NCBI GenBank assembly: GCA_028715175.1
Contig: JAQUSJ010000001.1
Location: 610,386-674,385 of the forward strand
Direction: 5' to 3'
DNA length: 64,000 bases
DNA from: Candidatus Daviesbacteria bacterium
GTDB taxonomy: Bacteria; Patescibacteriota; Microgenomatia; Daviesbacterales; UBA10151
Below, one piece after another: positions 29,713 to 40,430 of the stretch (position 1 is its first letter; every line of letters starts with the position of its first letter). Below the pieces are notes generated by a model that searched no databases, had not been told where the DNA came from, and saw only the letters and a program-made list of their open reading frames with translations. Position numbers and translations under genes: made by a program.

Positions 29713-31105
29713 TTTTAAAAAAGTTTTGGTCTTTGGATTAGGGCTTAATGAGGGTGGGGTGGGATCTGCCAGATTTTTTGCAAGACAAGGAGCCAAAGTC
29801 AGGGTAACTGATTTAAAAACTAAAGAAGTTTTAAAACCTTCTTTGCATGAGTTAAGAAATTTTCCGCAAATAGAATATACCTTAGGTAAACACAAAAATA
29901 AGGATATAGATTGGGCGGATTTAATTATCAAAAACCCGGCAATTAAACCAGGAAATCCTTACCTGGAATATGCCACAAAATTGGGTAAACAGATTGACAC
30001 AGACATGGGAATTTTTCTGCAATATGTACGACCTGACCAGATCATTGGAGTAACCGGAACCAAAGGCAAATCCACTACTGCCTCGCTAATTTATGAGGTA
30101 CTCAGCAAATCCTTAGGTGTCAACCTATCCCACCCCAGGGGTGGACAACGCACACACCCCTGGAAAAATGTTATTCTGGCCGGCAATATCGGCAAAAGCG
30201 TTCTGGAAACAATTTCGTTTGTTAAAAACAATACCTTAGTGGTCCTGGAGTTATCTTCATTCCAGCTGGAAGCATATGATACGCACAAAGTTTCTCCAAA
30301 ATGGGCAGTAATCACAAACATCACTCCTGACCATCTTAATTATTACCAAACAATGGCAGAATATATTAAATCTAAAAAAATAATAGGCAAATATCAAAGC
30401 AAAACCGATTATCTTTTTTTGCGGAAAAATGATCCGATTACTACCATACCTGACTTCTTAAAGGAACTAAAGGGAAAAATTATTTATTATTCTAAAAATG
30501 ATTTACCAGAAAACTTTCGTCCTCAACTTTTAGGCAGTCATAATCTGGAAAATATTGCTGCCGCACTGTCTTTAACAAAAACCTTTGGAATTGATAAAAA
30601 ATCTGCTCTCAAAATTCTATCAAAGTTCAAAGGTGTCCCATTTCGGATGGAGTTAATCAAGAAGTGGAATGGAGTGAAAATATACAATGACACTGCTGCC
30701 ACCAGCCCGGAAGCAGGAATCCAGGCTGTAGAAACCTTAGGTGGCAACCTAACTTCACCCCTAGGGTGTCTAATCTTAATTTGCGGGGGAATGAACAAAA
30801 AAATGGATTATACAAAATATACGAGGGTCGTAGCTAAATTTGCCAAAAAGGTTTTCTTTTTGGAAGGGGACTCAACTGATGAAATAAATAAACAGCTGTC
30901 AGCTTTCAGTCGTCAGACGTCAGACAAAATTGCAGGGACCTATGATAATTTAGAAAAACTTCTCGCGGACGTCAAGAAAATTATAAAACCAAAAGATATT
31001 GTTCTGTTTTCGCCTGCCGCCACTTCTTTTAATTTATTTCAAAATGAATTTGACAGGGGTAGAAAATTTAATCAAGCTGTCAAAAAAGTTTTTAAAGATG
31101 CTTAA
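29705..31105 (+). CDS. murD: UDP-N-acetylmuramoylalanine--D-glutamate ligase MurD
   Basis: The N-terminal Rossmann region (VLVFGLGLNEGGVGSARF) and the P-loop GVTGTKGKSTTASLI are present. It contains in-frame REP-like copies (30112-30155, 30748-30782) and a TCAG-heptamer element (30893-30928). Confidence 0.8.
   Translation: MNSFKKVLVFGLGLNEGGVGSARFFARQGAKVRVTDLKTKEVLKPSLHELRNFPQIEYTLGKHKNKDIDWADLIIKNPAIKPGNPYLEYATKLGKQIDTDMGIFLQYVRPDQIIGVTGTKGKSTTASLIYEVLSKSLGVNLSHPRGGQRTHPWKNVILAGNIGKSVLETISFVKNNTLVVLELSSFQLEAYDTHKVSPKWAVITNITPDHLNYYQTMAEYIKSKKIIGKYQSKTDYLFLRKNDPITTIPDFLKELKGKIIYYSKNDLPENFRPQLLGSHNLENIAAALSLTKTFGIDKKSALKILSKFKGVPFRMELIKKWNGVKIYNDTAATSPEAGIQAVETLGGNLTSPLGCLILICGGMNKKMDYTKYTRVVAKFAKKVFFLEGDSTDEINKQLSAFSRQTSDKIAGTYDNLEKLLADVKKIIKPKDIVLFSPAATSFNLFQNEFDRGRKFNQAVKKVFKDA
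30112..30155. repeat. REP-like copy (caacctatCCCACCCCAGGGGTGGacaacgcacacacccctgg) in frame in murD
   Basis: It encodes LSHPRGGQRTHPW. A second degenerate copy, aacctaacttcacccctagggtgtc, lies at 30748-30782 and encodes NLTSPLGCL. Confidence 0.65.
30893..30928. repeat. NNNTCAG-heptamer element (agctgtcag ctttcag tcgtcag acgtcag acaaaa) in frame in murD
   Basis: It encodes QLSAFSRQTSDK near the murD C-terminus. Confidence 0.75.
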
Positions 31106-32231
31106 ATTTCTAAATTCCTTTAAAAAAGGGTATGAAACTTTAAATAAAATTGAAGTTTCGCGGGATAATTTGCTGTACAACTATCATTATTTATCCTTAC
31201 TTAATAAAAAAGTGAGAATTGCTCCTGTTGTAAAAAGCAATGGTTATGGTCATGGCATTGTAAACGTAGCAAAAATTTTAGACCCGCTACAAACTCCATT
31301 TTTCTGTGTTGACAGTTTATTTGAAGCTTATGAATTACAAAAAGCCAAAATTAAAACTCCGATTTTAGTAATGGGTTATACCAATCCGGAAAATCTAAAG
31401 ATTAAAAAATTGCCATTCTCATTTACCGTTTATGATATTGATACGGCTAACATATTAAATCAATTCCAACCTGGTTGCAAAATCCATATTTTTGTCGATA
31501 CCGGAATGTACCGGGAAGGAATTCCTATAAAGGATTTACCGAATTTCTTAACAGCAATGAAACAATTTAACAATTTAACAATTGAAGGACTCATGTCACA
31601 CCTTGCCTCATCCGAAAGTAAAACCGATCCACTGTTTGTAAATCAAATAAAACAATTCAAAAAAGCAAAAGACAAATGTAAAAAATATGGCATTAATCCC
31701 AAATGGATCCATATTTCAGCAACAGGAGCTCTGATTAATCCTGAAACAAGAAAAATAATAGAAAAAATTTCCAATTTAACCCGGGCAGGACTTTCTTTAT
31801 ACGGTTTCTCCTCATCAACTTATGACGAAAATCTAAAACCAGCTTTAACATTAACAACTAAAATTATCCAAATAAAGAAAGTTTCAAAAGGTGAAAAATT
31901 AGGCTATGATGGAACATTCACTGCTAAAAAAGATACACTGATTGGGGTTGTACCGATAGGCTATTATGATGGTGTTGACAGAAGATTGTCTAACAAAGGA
32001 ACATTTTTAACGGATAATATAGAATGCCCTATACTTGGAAAGGTCTGTATGAATATAAATATAATTGATTTAAGCAGGTTGCCAAACCCAAAAGCAGGAC
32101 AAGAGGTTATTGTGTATTCTCGCAACCCCAAAGATAAAAATTCTATTGCAAACTCTGCCAGACTTTGCAAAACTATTCCCTATGATCTTTTGGTAAATTT
32201 GGCAGAAACAACCAGAAGGGTAATTATATGA
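31098..32231 (+). CDS. alr: Alanine racemase
   Basis: The PLP-lysine motif VVKSNGYGHG is present, followed by the C-terminal beta domain. The start is placed at the ATG at 31098, which overlaps the murD stop; the longer ORF from 30999 overlaps murD. Confidence 0.75.
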   Translation: MLKFLNSFKKGYETLNKIEVSRDNLLYNYHYLSLLNKKVRIAPVVKSNGYGHGIVNVAKILDPLQTPFFCVDSLFEAYELQKAKIKTPILVMGYTNPENLKIKKLPFSFTVYDIDTANILNQFQPGCKIHIFVDTGMYREGIPIKDLPNFLTAMKQFNNLTIEGLMSHLASSESKTDPLFVNQIKQFKKAKDKCKKYGINPKWIHISATGALINPETRKIIEKISNLTRAGLSLYGFSSSTYDENLKPALTLTTKIIQIKKVSKGEKLGYDGTFTAKKDTLIGVVPIGYYDGVDRRLSNKGTFLTDNIECPILGKVCMNINIIDLSRLPNPKAGQEVIVYSRNPKDKNSIANSARLCKTIPYDLLVNLAETTRRVII

Positions 32232-33133
32232 AAATATTACTGATAACCGGTGGTGCAACATCTGAGAGACGAATTTCTTTAATGTCAGCAAAATGTGTTA
32301 AAGCAGGGCTTGAGGAAAACAGTTACGAAGTTAAATTATTTGACTTAAAAAAAGAGGGGATTTCCAAAAATTTGGTAAAAGATTTTGATATAGTTTTTCC
32401 AGTCTTACACGGCGAAGAAGGCGAAGGAGGAAGTTTGCAAAAGCAATTATCCACTTTAGGTATACCGTTTGTAGGAGGCAACCCAAAAGGATTTCAACAG
32501 GGTTGGTATAAGATTTCTTTTAAGGAATTTTGTGACAGAGAGCATATTTTAACCTCGCCTTGGAAAAAAATAAAAAACCAAAGCGATATTGTCAAATTTG
32601 GTTTTCCTTGTGTTTTAAAAAGTTCCAGCGGGGGATCGTCAAGAGAAGTGGTGATTTTAAAATCAGTAAAAGATCTAAAAAACAGTCTTTGCCGGAAATT
32701 GCTTAAATCCGGCTTGCCGCTTTTTGTGGAAAGATACTTACCGGGGATTGAGGTAACTGTCGGTATATTGAAAGACAAAGCTTTGCCGGTTGTAGAAATT
32801 ATTCCGCCGGCAGGAGGCTGGTTTGATTACAAAAATAAATACTGGGGAAATACCAATGAAATTCCTAATGCTCCATCTTTAACTCCTCAGCTTAAAAAAA
32901 TGGTTCAAAAAATAGCTCTTAGGATTCACAATACTTTGAACCTTGGCCATTATTCAAGAATAGACTTTATAATTTCAGATGGTAAGCCACATGTCTTAGA
33001 AGTAAACACAATTCCGGGACTGACAGCTTCTTCGCTTTTCCCTAAAGCAGCTGCGGCAGTTGGATTAACTTTCCCAAAATTATTAGATAAAATGGTTAAA
33101 TTAGCATCAAACAGCGCGGAAAAACTGGCCTAA
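32228..33133 (+). CDS. ddl: D-alanine--D-alanine ligase
   Basis: The N-terminus KILLITGGATSERRISL...FPVLHGEEGEGGSLQ and the ATP-grasp C-terminus (EVNTIPGLT) are present. Confidence 0.8.
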   Translation: MKILLITGGATSERRISLMSAKCVKAGLEENSYEVKLFDLKKEGISKNLVKDFDIVFPVLHGEEGEGGSLQKQLSTLGIPFVGGNPKGFQQGWYKISFKEFCDREHILTSPWKKIKNQSDIVKFGFPCVLKSSSGGSSREVVILKSVKDLKNSLCRKLLKSGLPLFVERYLPGIEVTVGILKDKALPVVEIIPPAGGWFDYKNKYWGNTNEIPNAPSLTPQLKKMVQKIALRIHNTLNLGHYSRIDFIISDGKPHVLEVNTIPGLTASSLFPKAAAAVGLTFPKLLDKMVKLASNSAEKLA

Positions 33134-33218
33134 AAAACACCCTTTACCCCTTGCTTAAAGAGAGTCAAAAAAGGTATAATTAACTCGGGTCTAAACCCTT
33201 TTTTTGTACCCCAAACCA

Positions 33219-35783
33219 ATGAGTAACATCGGCAAAATACAACCAGCTCCTATTATTGAAGAAATGCAAAAGTCCTATTTGGACTATGCCATGTCTGTTA
33301 TTGTTTCCCGGGCGCTACCGGACGTCCGTGACGGCCTAAAACCGGTCCAAAGAAGAATTATTTACGCAATGCACCAGCAAGGTTTACACCACACATCCCG
33401 CTTCCAAAAATCAGCTGCAGTTGTCGGTGAAGTTATGAAAAACCTCCATCCTCATGGTGATGCTCCTATATATGAAGCTATGGTCCGGATGGCGCAAAAT
33501 TTTTCCATGAGATATATGCTGGTTGACGGCCAGGGGAATTTTGGATCAATTGATGGAGACTCGCCCGCGGCAATGCGGTATACGGAGGCCAGACTTTCTG
33601 CAATTTCCGAGGAGCTACTTCGTGACATTAATAAAAACACTGTCAATTTTGTGGATAACTATTCCGGTACTACACAAGAACCAGTATTACTTCCTTCTGT
33701 TATACCCAACCTATTGTTAAACGGCGCCTCCGGCATTGCTGTTGGTATGGCCACCCAAATCCCGCCACATAATCTGGGAGAAGTCGTCGATGCGCTGGTT
33801 TACATGATAGAACATCCCGAAAATAAGTCGGAAAACTCAGAAAAACTCAGAAAATCAGAAGATCAGAATTCCGGTGAATCTGATTTCCCTGACAAATCTG
33901 GTACACCGAGTCCTTCCGAATCTTTCCGATCCACTGCCACTGTGGAAAATCTCCTGCAATTTATCAAAGGTCCTGATTTTCCAACCGGCGCTTCCATCTA
34001 TGACCAAACCGAAATCCTTGCGGCTTATGCCACCGGTAAGGGCCGGATTGTAATGAGAGCCAAAGCTGAAATAGATGAATCCGGCGCAGCCGGAGGAAAA
34101 ATGCAAATTATCGTTTCGGAGCTGCCATACCAGGTGAATAAAGCTACCTTGATTGCCAGGATTGCCGAGCTGGTAAAAGATAAAAAATTAGAGGGCATTG
34201 CGGATTTACGGGATGAGTCAGACCGTAAACAAATGGTCAGAATTGTATTTGACTTAAAAAGAGACGCCAAACCCCAGGCAATCTTAAATAGTCTTTATAA
34301 ATATACTGCCATGCAATCGGTTTTTAATATCAACCTGGTCGCTCTTTCAGACGGAGTCCCGCATCTGCTGACATTAAAACGGGTATTAGAAGAATTTATT
34401 CACCACAGGCAAGTAGTCATTAGAAAACGCTCCGAATTTGAACTTGCCGAAGCCAAAGCAAGAGAACATATCCTAGAAGGCTTAAAAATTGCTGTTGATA
34501 ATATTGATGCGGTTGTGGAAACCATTAAAAAAAGTGCTGACGCAGATTCTGCAAAACAGAATTTAATGACCCGATTTAAATTAACAGAAATCCAAGCTTT
34601 GGCTATTTTGGATATGCAACTTCGAAGGTTAGCTGCGCTGGAGCGCCAAAAAATTGAAGATGAACTAAAAATGATCCGGGAAACAATTGCCTATTTGGAA
34701 GATTTGCTGGCTCATCCGGAAAAAATCTTAAAAGTTATCAAGGATGAACTCGTAAAAATTAAACTAAGATACGGAGATGACAGACGAACCCGTGTTTATA
34801 AACAAAAAGTCGGGGAATTTTCCGAAGAAGATTTAGTACCAAACGAAACAACTATTGCTACCATCACCGAAGGCGGTTATATCAAACGCCAAGCTCCGAT
34901 GTCTTTTAGGGTACAACAGCGGGGCGGCAAAGGGGTGATGGGAATTGCCACCAAAGAAACAGATGCAGTTTCTCACATTTTCTATACCCAAACACATGAC
35001 AGTATTTTATTCTTTACCGACAAAGGCAGGGTTTTCCAAATCAAGGTTTGGGAAATTCCGGAAACACAACGCGCAGCCAAAGGTCAGGCTATTGTCAACT
35101 TGATCAATGTTGAACAGGAGGAAAAAGTTACGGCAGTTTTAACCACCAGGCAAAAAGGCGAAAGCGCCAAATACTTCTTTATGTGTACTAAAGGCGGCAC
35201 TGTCAAAAAAACTTCCCTTACAGAATATGCCAATATCCGCAAAAATGGTCTGGTAGCAATCAAGTTGGATCCGAGCGACGAACTGGGATGGGTGACCCCA
35301 ACCTCAGGCAAGGATGATGTTGTTATTGTTTCAAAAAATGGCAAATCGATCCGTTTTTCCGAAACCCAAGTCAAACCAACGCACCGGGATACTTCCGGAG
35401 TAAGAGGAATTAAGCTAACCAGTAACGATGAGGTAGTCTCCTTAAATTTGGTCCAAGGTAATGATGATGAGCTTTTGGTAATTATGCAAAACGGTTTAGG
35501 TAAAAAAACCAGATTTTCCGCCTGGAGCAGACAGGGCAGGGGAGGACAAGGAGTTAAAGCTGCGCAGGTGACTGCCAAAACCGGACCAATTGTTACAGCA
35601 GAGGCCATTGATAAAAAAATGGACACGTTGGTATTAACTTCCACCAAAGGACAACTTATAAAGATGAATTTAGCAGAAGTACCGACCCTGCAGCGTCAAA
35701 CTCAAGGTGTAATCTTAATGAGAGTCAGACCCGGGGAAAAAGTAGCAGCAGCTACGGTTGTTTGTTCTAAAGAAAAAACATAG
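33219..35783 (+). CDS. gyrA: DNA gyrase subunit A
   Basis: [25 protein letters not shown], the active-site region (AAMRYTE) and the C-terminal beta-pinwheel repeats are present. There is an in-frame insertion at 33825-33900. Confidence 0.9.
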   Translation: MSNIGKIQPAPIIEEMQKSYLDYAMSVIVSRALPDVRDGLKPVQRRIIYAMHQQGLHHTSRFQKSAAVVGEVMKNLHPHGDAPIYEAMVRMAQNFSMRYMLVDGQGNFGSIDGDSPAAMRYTEARLSAISEELLRDINKNTVNFVDNYSGTTQEPVLLPSVIPNLLLNGASGIAVGMATQIPPHNLGEVVDALVYMIEHPENKSENSEKLRKSEDQNSGESDFPDKSGTPSPSESFRSTATVENLLQFIKGPDFPTGASIYDQTEILAAYATGKGRIVMRAKAEIDESGAAGGKMQIIVSELPYQVNKATLIARIAELVKDKKLEGIADLRDESDRKQMVRIVFDLKRDAKPQAILNSLYKYTAMQSVFNINLVALSDGVPHLLTLKRVLEEFIHHRQVVIRKRSEFELAEAKAREHILEGLKIAVDNIDAVVETIKKSADADSAKQNLMTRFKLTEIQALAILDMQLRRLAALERQKIEDELKMIRETIAYLEDLLAHPEKILKVIKDELVKIKLRYGDDRRTRVYKQKVGEFSEEDLVPNETTIATITEGGYIKRQAPMSFRVQQRGGKGVMGIATKETDAVSHIFYTQTHDSILFFTDKGRVFQIKVWEIPETQRAAKGQAIVNLINVEQEEKVTAVLTTRQKGESAKYFFMCTKGGTVKKTSLTEYANIRKNGLVAIKLDPSDELGWVTPTSGKDDVVIVSKNGKSIRFSETQVKPTHRDTSGVRGIKLTSNDEVVSLNLVQGNDDELLVIMQNGLGKKTRFSAWSRQGRGGQGVKAAQVTAKTGPIVTAEAIDKKMDTLVLTSTKGQLIKMNLAEVPTLQRQTQGVILMRVRPGEKVAAATVVCSKEKT
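33825..33900. repeat. TCAG-rich repeat / hairpin inserted in frame in gyrA (…actcag aaaaactcag aaaatcag aagatcag aattccggtgaatctga…)
   Basis: It encodes [27 protein letters not shown] between the conserved VYMIEHPE and GPDFPTGA regions. Confidence 0.7.
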
Positions 35784-35993
35784 ATGTCTAAAGAAAAACT
35801 TGTTTCTACCATAGCTATAATTTACTTCATGTTTGGGTTTGTATTTGCTGTGGCTTTTGCAATATATTACCGCTGGCCTTATCTTTCTTTTCTATCACCG
35901 GGGTTTTATAGCGTTATTTTAACCTGGCCGCTGCAGGCAATCGGCTTTACAAAAGACTTTATTATGTATGGCCTCGCCGGCAAACCAATCTAA
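35784..35993 (+). CDS. Small membrane protein (2 predicted TM), hypothetical
   Basis: A 69-aa ORF starts 1 nt after the gyrA stop. It is hydrophobic. Confidence 0.3.
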   Translation: MSKEKLVSTIAIIYFMFGFVFAVAFAIYYRWPYLSFLSPGFYSVILTWPLQAIGFTKDFIMYGLAGKPI

Positions 35994-36027
35994 TTTCTAT
36001 TTATCGCTCCGAACTCAACAATCTAAA

Positions 36028-38385
36028 TCAGATCTTAAATAATGACCTTAAAGGAGGAAAAACCATTATTAAAACTTGTATGAAAAGAACCATAACGACT
36101 GAGGCAAGCAGCTTTTTATTGGACAAAATCCCGTGATGTCTTCTCATAATAAAAGGCAGCATCATTTGCAGAATAATCATAACGGTAAAGGTGATGGCTC
36201 TGGAAGTTTGAAGTCCCAAACTTTCAAAGGTAAAATAAAAAGCAAAAAAACAAAAAGCAGAAATTGCCACCCCGCCGAAAATAATAAAATGTAGAGAATC
36301 TTTACTAAGTAAACCTAATTTCTTGCGGGGCGGTATTTGCATCAGATGCCTTGAAGCGGTATCAAAACCCAAAGCCAGAGCAGGAGGTCCGTCTGTGACA
36401 AAATTGATCCAGAGAATCTGAATTGGCAGAAGCGGCGACGGCAGACTGAAAATTGCTGCTACTCCTATCAAAAGCATTTCCGACAAATTCCCGGCAAGTA
36501 AAAACTTAATGACTTTTAAGATATTGTTGTAAATTAGTCTTCCTTGCTCAATGGCCACAGTCAGGGTCGCAAAGTTATCATCAAGCAAAATAATATCTGA
36601 GGCTTCTTTTGACACATCAGTGCCGATTTTACCCATGGAAACCCCGACTTCTGCTTGTTTTAAGGCCAACACGTCATTTACCCCGTCACCTGTCACAGCT
36701 ACTACCTCTCCTAAGCTTTGATAAGCTTTAACAATTCTAAGTTTCTCCTGCGGAGTAATCCTGGCAAAAATTTTGACTTTACCGATTCTTTGTAAAAGAT
36801 CTTCTTCGCTTAAGTCATTGAGCTGACTGCCAATCATAATTTCATCACCAAAGGATAATAGTCCAACCTCTTCACCAATGCTTCTAGCTGTCAGCTCATT
36901 ATCGCCGGTCACCATCACTACCTTAATCCCGGCCTGCTTTGTCAGCGCAATAGCTTCTTTTACCTCAGGACGGACTTCATCAGCAATCCCAGCTAACCCT
37001 AAAAACTCTTTATCCTTTGAAAACGCCAACACCCGCAATCCCTTTTTAGCCATTTGCTGATACCTAAATTCCCACTTCTTTTGATCCGCTTCGGACAACT
37101 TAGATTCAAAAAGTAAAACTTCCGGAGCGCCTTTGGTATACTGCGTCTTTTCCTTACCCTCCTCCCATAAAACAGTCATTTTCCGGGTTTCCAAATTAAA
37201 AGGAATTTCTTCGATTAGTTTGCCTTGCAATCTCATCAGATCAATATCCTTACCCTGATCTTTTGCCCAAAGCAGGAGAGCGCCTTCAGTTGTATCGCCA
37301 AAAATATCAAAACTGCCTTCATCTTCTTTTAATATCAAACTGGCGCTATTACAAAATACCGCGCATTTTAGAAAATCTGCTTCTTTAGTATCTTTAATAC
37401 TGACCTCTTTAACCCGCATTTCATTTTTAGTCAAAGTTCCGGTCTTATCCGTACAAATCACTGTGGCAGTACCCAAAGATTCAATCGCAATCATCTTTCT
37501 AACCAAAGCCTTTTTCCGATACATCTTCCGCATACCTAAGGCCAAAATTATAGTTACCACGGCAGGTAAACCTTCCGGCACTACAGCTACCATTAAAACA
37601 ATGCTGAAAAGAAGAGTGGAAGACACATCATAACCCTGCAATATCCTTAAAATAAAAATCAGGGCTGAAACCGCTAAGGCCCCCAACCCCAGAACTTTAC
37701 TAAAGGAGGCCAGAGCTTTTTCAAAAGGAGTTTGTTCGTCTTCAATGCTGCTTAAAGTTTCTGCTAAGGCGCCAAATTTAGTTCTTGCTCCTGTCTGCAA
37801 AATAAGAACCTTGCCTCGGCCAAAGACAACGGTGGTGGCAAAAAAGACTAGGTTTTCCTCCTTTTTCGCAGATTTAGCAACAGGTAAAGATTCACCGGTT
37901 AAGACAGATTCATTGACCTGCAAAGCATAACTCTCTAAAATTTGCCCGTCTGCTGGAATCCTGTCGCCGGATTCTAAAATTACAATATCACCGGGGACAA
38001 TCTCTGATGAGGGGATTTCCGTCTGCTTACCGCCTCTTTCCACCCTGGCATATTCCACCTCCAGTTTCCGCAACTCTTCCAGCTCTTTGGAAGCTTTATA
38101 TTCCTGCCAAAAACCCAAAATTGAATTTAAAACTAAAATCCCGCCGATTAAAAAGCTGTCCAATTTATCCCCGATGACGGCCGAAAGAATTGTGGCTCCC
38201 AAAAGCAGGTAGGCAAAGGGGGTTTTCATCTGCCGCAGGAAAACCTCCGCAGCAGAAGTTGTTTTTCTCTGCGGCAGCTCATTTAAACCATATCTTTTTA
38301 GCTGTTCCCCGGCCTGATGAGAAGTCAATCCAATTTTTTCGGCAGGATACTTCATAATCTTAAGTTTAACAGAAAACATTGACAT
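36028..38385 (-). CDS. Cation-transporting P-type ATPase (Ca2+/Mg2+-type, P2 subfamily)
   Basis: The DKTGTLT phosphorylation motif (ICTDKTGTLTKNEM), TGDGVNDVLALKQAEVGVSMG, the actuator region TGES and about 10 TM segments are present. Confidence 0.85.
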   Translation of the reverse strand: MSMFSVKLKIMKYPAEKIGLTSHQAGEQLKRYGLNELPQRKTTSAAEVFLRQMKTPFAYLLLGATILSAVIGDKLDSFLIGGILVLNSILGFWQEYKASKELEELRKLEVEYARVERGGKQTEIPSSEIVPGDIVILESGDRIPADGQILESYALQVNESVLTGESLPVAKSAKKEENLVFFATTVVFGRGKVLILQTGARTKFGALAETLSSIEDEQTPFEKALASFSKVLGLGALAVSALIFILRILQGYDVSSTLLFSIVLMVAVVPEGLPAVVTIILALGMRKMYRKKALVRKMIAIESLGTATVICTDKTGTLTKNEMRVKEVSIKDTKEADFLKCAVFCNSASLILKEDEGSFDIFGDTTEGALLLWAKDQGKDIDLMRLQGKLIEEIPFNLETRKMTVLWEEGKEKTQYTKGAPEVLLFESKLSEADQKKWEFRYQQMAKKGLRVLAFSKDKEFLGLAGIADEVRPEVKEAIALTKQAGIKVVMVTGDNELTARSIGEEVGLLSFGDEIMIGSQLNDLSEEDLLQRIGKVKIFARITPQEKLRIVKAYQSLGEVVAVTGDGVNDVLALKQAEVGVSMGKIGTDVSKEASDIILLDDNFATLTVAIEQGRLIYNNILKVIKFLLAGNLSEMLLIGVAAIFSLPSPLLPIQILWINFVTDGPPALALGFDTASRHLMQIPPRKKLGLLSKDSLHFIIFGGVAISAFCFFAFYFTFESLGLQTSRAITFTVMIILQMMLPFIMRRHHGILSNKKLLASVVMVLFIQVLIMVFPPLRSLFKI

Positions 38386-38421
38386 TTTAAAAAATTTGAT
38401 TCACTATTAAGTAAAGAGGGG

Positions 38422-38787
38422 GTGAGAAATTTGCAAATTCTTATAGCCTTGGTCTTAAATGCGGCAGCATTGCTTTTAACGGCTAATATTGTACCTGGAT
38501 TCCGGGTTGAAAACTTTACTACAGCCATTTTTGCGGCCATAGTTTTGGGGGTGGTTAATACTTTTATTAAGCCAATCCTAAGCTTTCTAAGCGCACCCTT
38601 AACAATTGTTACTTTAGGGTTGTTTGCTTTTGTGGTCAATGCAGTGGTCTTATTCATAGTGGCAGCAGTGGTGCCGGGAGTAAAGATTGAAGGATGGCTT
38701 CCAGCCATATTGGCAGCAATTGTTTTATCAATTGTCGCAACAATCTTAAATGCGGTATTGAAAGATTTAGGGAAACTAACAAAGTGA
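38422..38787 (+). CDS. 4-TM membrane protein, phage-holin-family-like (DUF360/YvlD-type)
   Basis: It has a GTG start with an upstream RBS (AAGAGGGGG). Four hydrophobic helices show the internal repeat VPGFRVENF / VPGVKIEGW, which is characteristic of this family. Confidence 0.5.
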   Translation: MRNLQILIALVLNAAALLLTANIVPGFRVENFTTAIFAAIVLGVVNTFIKPILSFLSAPLTIVTLGLFAFVVNAVVLFIVAAVVPGVKIEGWLPAILAAIVLSIVATILNAVLKDLGKLTK

Positions 38788-39669
38788 TTACAATTTACCG
38801 GAGCAGAGGCGGTAAATTTGAGTAGTTGAGATATTGGAATGTCCAAGCGTTTTCTGGACTGACCGGATGTCTACTCCGTTAATTAATAAATCTGTGGCAA
38901 AGGAATGACGCAGTATTTGTGGTGTGGCTTTGATGGCAATTCTCAGCTTTTTTGCATATTTTTCTACAATCCGTTCAATGGAACGGGAAGTTAACCTCAT
39001 GGCTTCTCCTTCGTTAGTGGGATCAATTTTACCCTGAAAACGGATAAAAAGAGGTTTAAATTTGTCTTGACGGATTGCTAAGTATTTTCCTAAAAACTCA
39101 CAAGCACCGTCAGATAAAAATACCCCCCGCTCTTTTCCTCCTTTACCAACTATACTAAACTCACGTCCGTCCAGGTTGATGGTATCACGGTTTAATCCGA
39201 CCAGCTCAGATACCAGCAGACCTGTAGAAAACAATGTCTCCAGGATTGCCCGATCCCGTAGTCCGTCTTTTTTACTTGTATCCGGAGCTTTAAGGAGCAA
39301 TCTAAGTTGAGTCTCATCCAACACTTTAAGAGGAAGCCTGGAATTATTCTTTCTCAATTCAACTTTTTCGGCCGAAAGCGTTTGCACACCAGTTCCTGCC
39401 AGATACCGAAGAAATGTTCTAAGAGCTATCATAAAATAATTTTGAGTCACCCTTTTTAAAGATTCTTTGGTTTTCGGATCCGTCCATCTGGAAAGGTATA
39501 GTCTGTATTTTCCGACTAAGCTTAAGGTTATATCCTGCGGGTTTATATCACCACTAAATTCCAAAAATCTCTTTAAGCAGTGATCGTAATTTCTGATTGT
39601 TAACCGGGAGGCATTTCGCTCAAGTTCCAGATATTCCAGAAAATCTGTGATAAGAGAGGATAAGGACAT
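38788..39669 (-). CDS. Tyrosine site-specific recombinase (XerC/XerD-like)
   Basis: It has an N-terminal SAM-like core-binding domain and the C-terminal catalytic motifs R...HxxR...Y (LRHSFATDLL...GHSNISTTQIY). Confidence 0.75.
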   Translation of the reverse strand: MSLSSLITDFLEYLELERNASRLTIRNYDHCLKRFLEFSGDINPQDITLSLVGKYRLYLSRWTDPKTKESLKRVTQNYFMIALRTFLRYLAGTGVQTLSAEKVELRKNNSRLPLKVLDETQLRLLLKAPDTSKKDGLRDRAILETLFSTGLLVSELVGLNRDTINLDGREFSIVGKGGKERGVFLSDGACEFLGKYLAIRQDKFKPLFIRFQGKIDPTNEGEAMRLTSRSIERIVEKYAKKLRIAIKATPQILRHSFATDLLINGVDIRSVQKTLGHSNISTTQIYRLCSGKL

Positions 39670-39683
39670 ATTTGAATTTTGAA

Positions 39684-40430
39684 CTAAAGAAGCGCTAATC
39701 CCAAAATTCCCAGCACAGTTAAAACCCCTCCAAAAATTGCTACGGTAAAAGTAAATTGCTCTGAACCGGCCGGCGGCAAAACTGTCTTCTTAACCGGCAG
39801 GGGCGCAATGGTTGCCGACGGAGTAGACGTTGTTGAACTTCCTATTGGTTTATAAACAACTGCAATCGGGGATGCCAATGGGGTAGTAGTAGTGCCGCAA
39901 GTTCCGGTTCCAACCGTATAATTTCCGTTTACGACCGAGTTTAATATATCTACTATTGTTGCCCGTTGTACAACATTGGAATCCGTAGTTTTAGCTTTAT
40001 TATTAGGATCAAAGTCAAAAGTAATTTGAGTTGCTCCGGTAGGCGCCGAATCTTTCACTGTAAAATTCAAGGTAGCCAGAGTACCTTTGCCGGTAAAAGG
40101 CGTCGCCACAGAAGCAAGTCCTGAAATGGTGATTTTGCCTGCGGCCTCATCTACATTATTACCGGGAAAGTCAGGATACACGGCTGTATTTGAAGTAATC
40201 GAACTGGTAGTAATGCTGAGCCTGGAGGAATCATAAAATAAAATTGCATCAGTACCATCTGTTTGGGCTCCGCCTGTATCAAGATTAATATTTAGAGAGA
40301 AAGGGCAGTTTCTGTTAAATGTGCCTGTGGCCGGATCCAAGGATAAAGTGGCCACCTGGGCAAAAACTCCGGTCGGAGAAACTAAAAACCATAAAACAAA
40401 CGTAAAAAAAGAAATCGCATATTTTATCAT
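39684..40430 (-). CDS. Secreted surface protein with a cohesin-like domain and a C-terminal LPPAG plus hydrophobic anchor
   Basis: It has a signal peptide and ATLSLDP...FSLNINLDTGG...AILFYDSSRLSIT (a cohesin-like beta-sandwich pattern). The C-terminus is VLPPAGSEQFTFTVAIFGGVLTVLGILGLALL. Confidence 0.45.
   Translation of the reverse strand: MIKYAISFFTFVLWFLVSPTGVFAQVATLSLDPATGTFNRNCPFSLNINLDTGGAQTDGTDAILFYDSSRLSITTSSITSNTAVYPDFPGNNVDEAAGKITISGLASVATPFTGKGTLATLNFTVKDSAPTGATQITFDFDPNNKAKTTDSNVVQRATIVDILNSVVNGNYTVGTGTCGTTTTPLASPIAVVYKPIGSSTTSTPSATIAPLPVKKTVLPPAGSEQFTFTVAIFGGVLTVLGILGLALL

Noticed and set aside
38352-38846. 164-aa minus-strand ORF overlapping the holin-like gene
   Set aside because: It is antisense to a well-formed 4-TM gene that has an RBS. 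Its composition is that of a reverse-strand shadow ORF.
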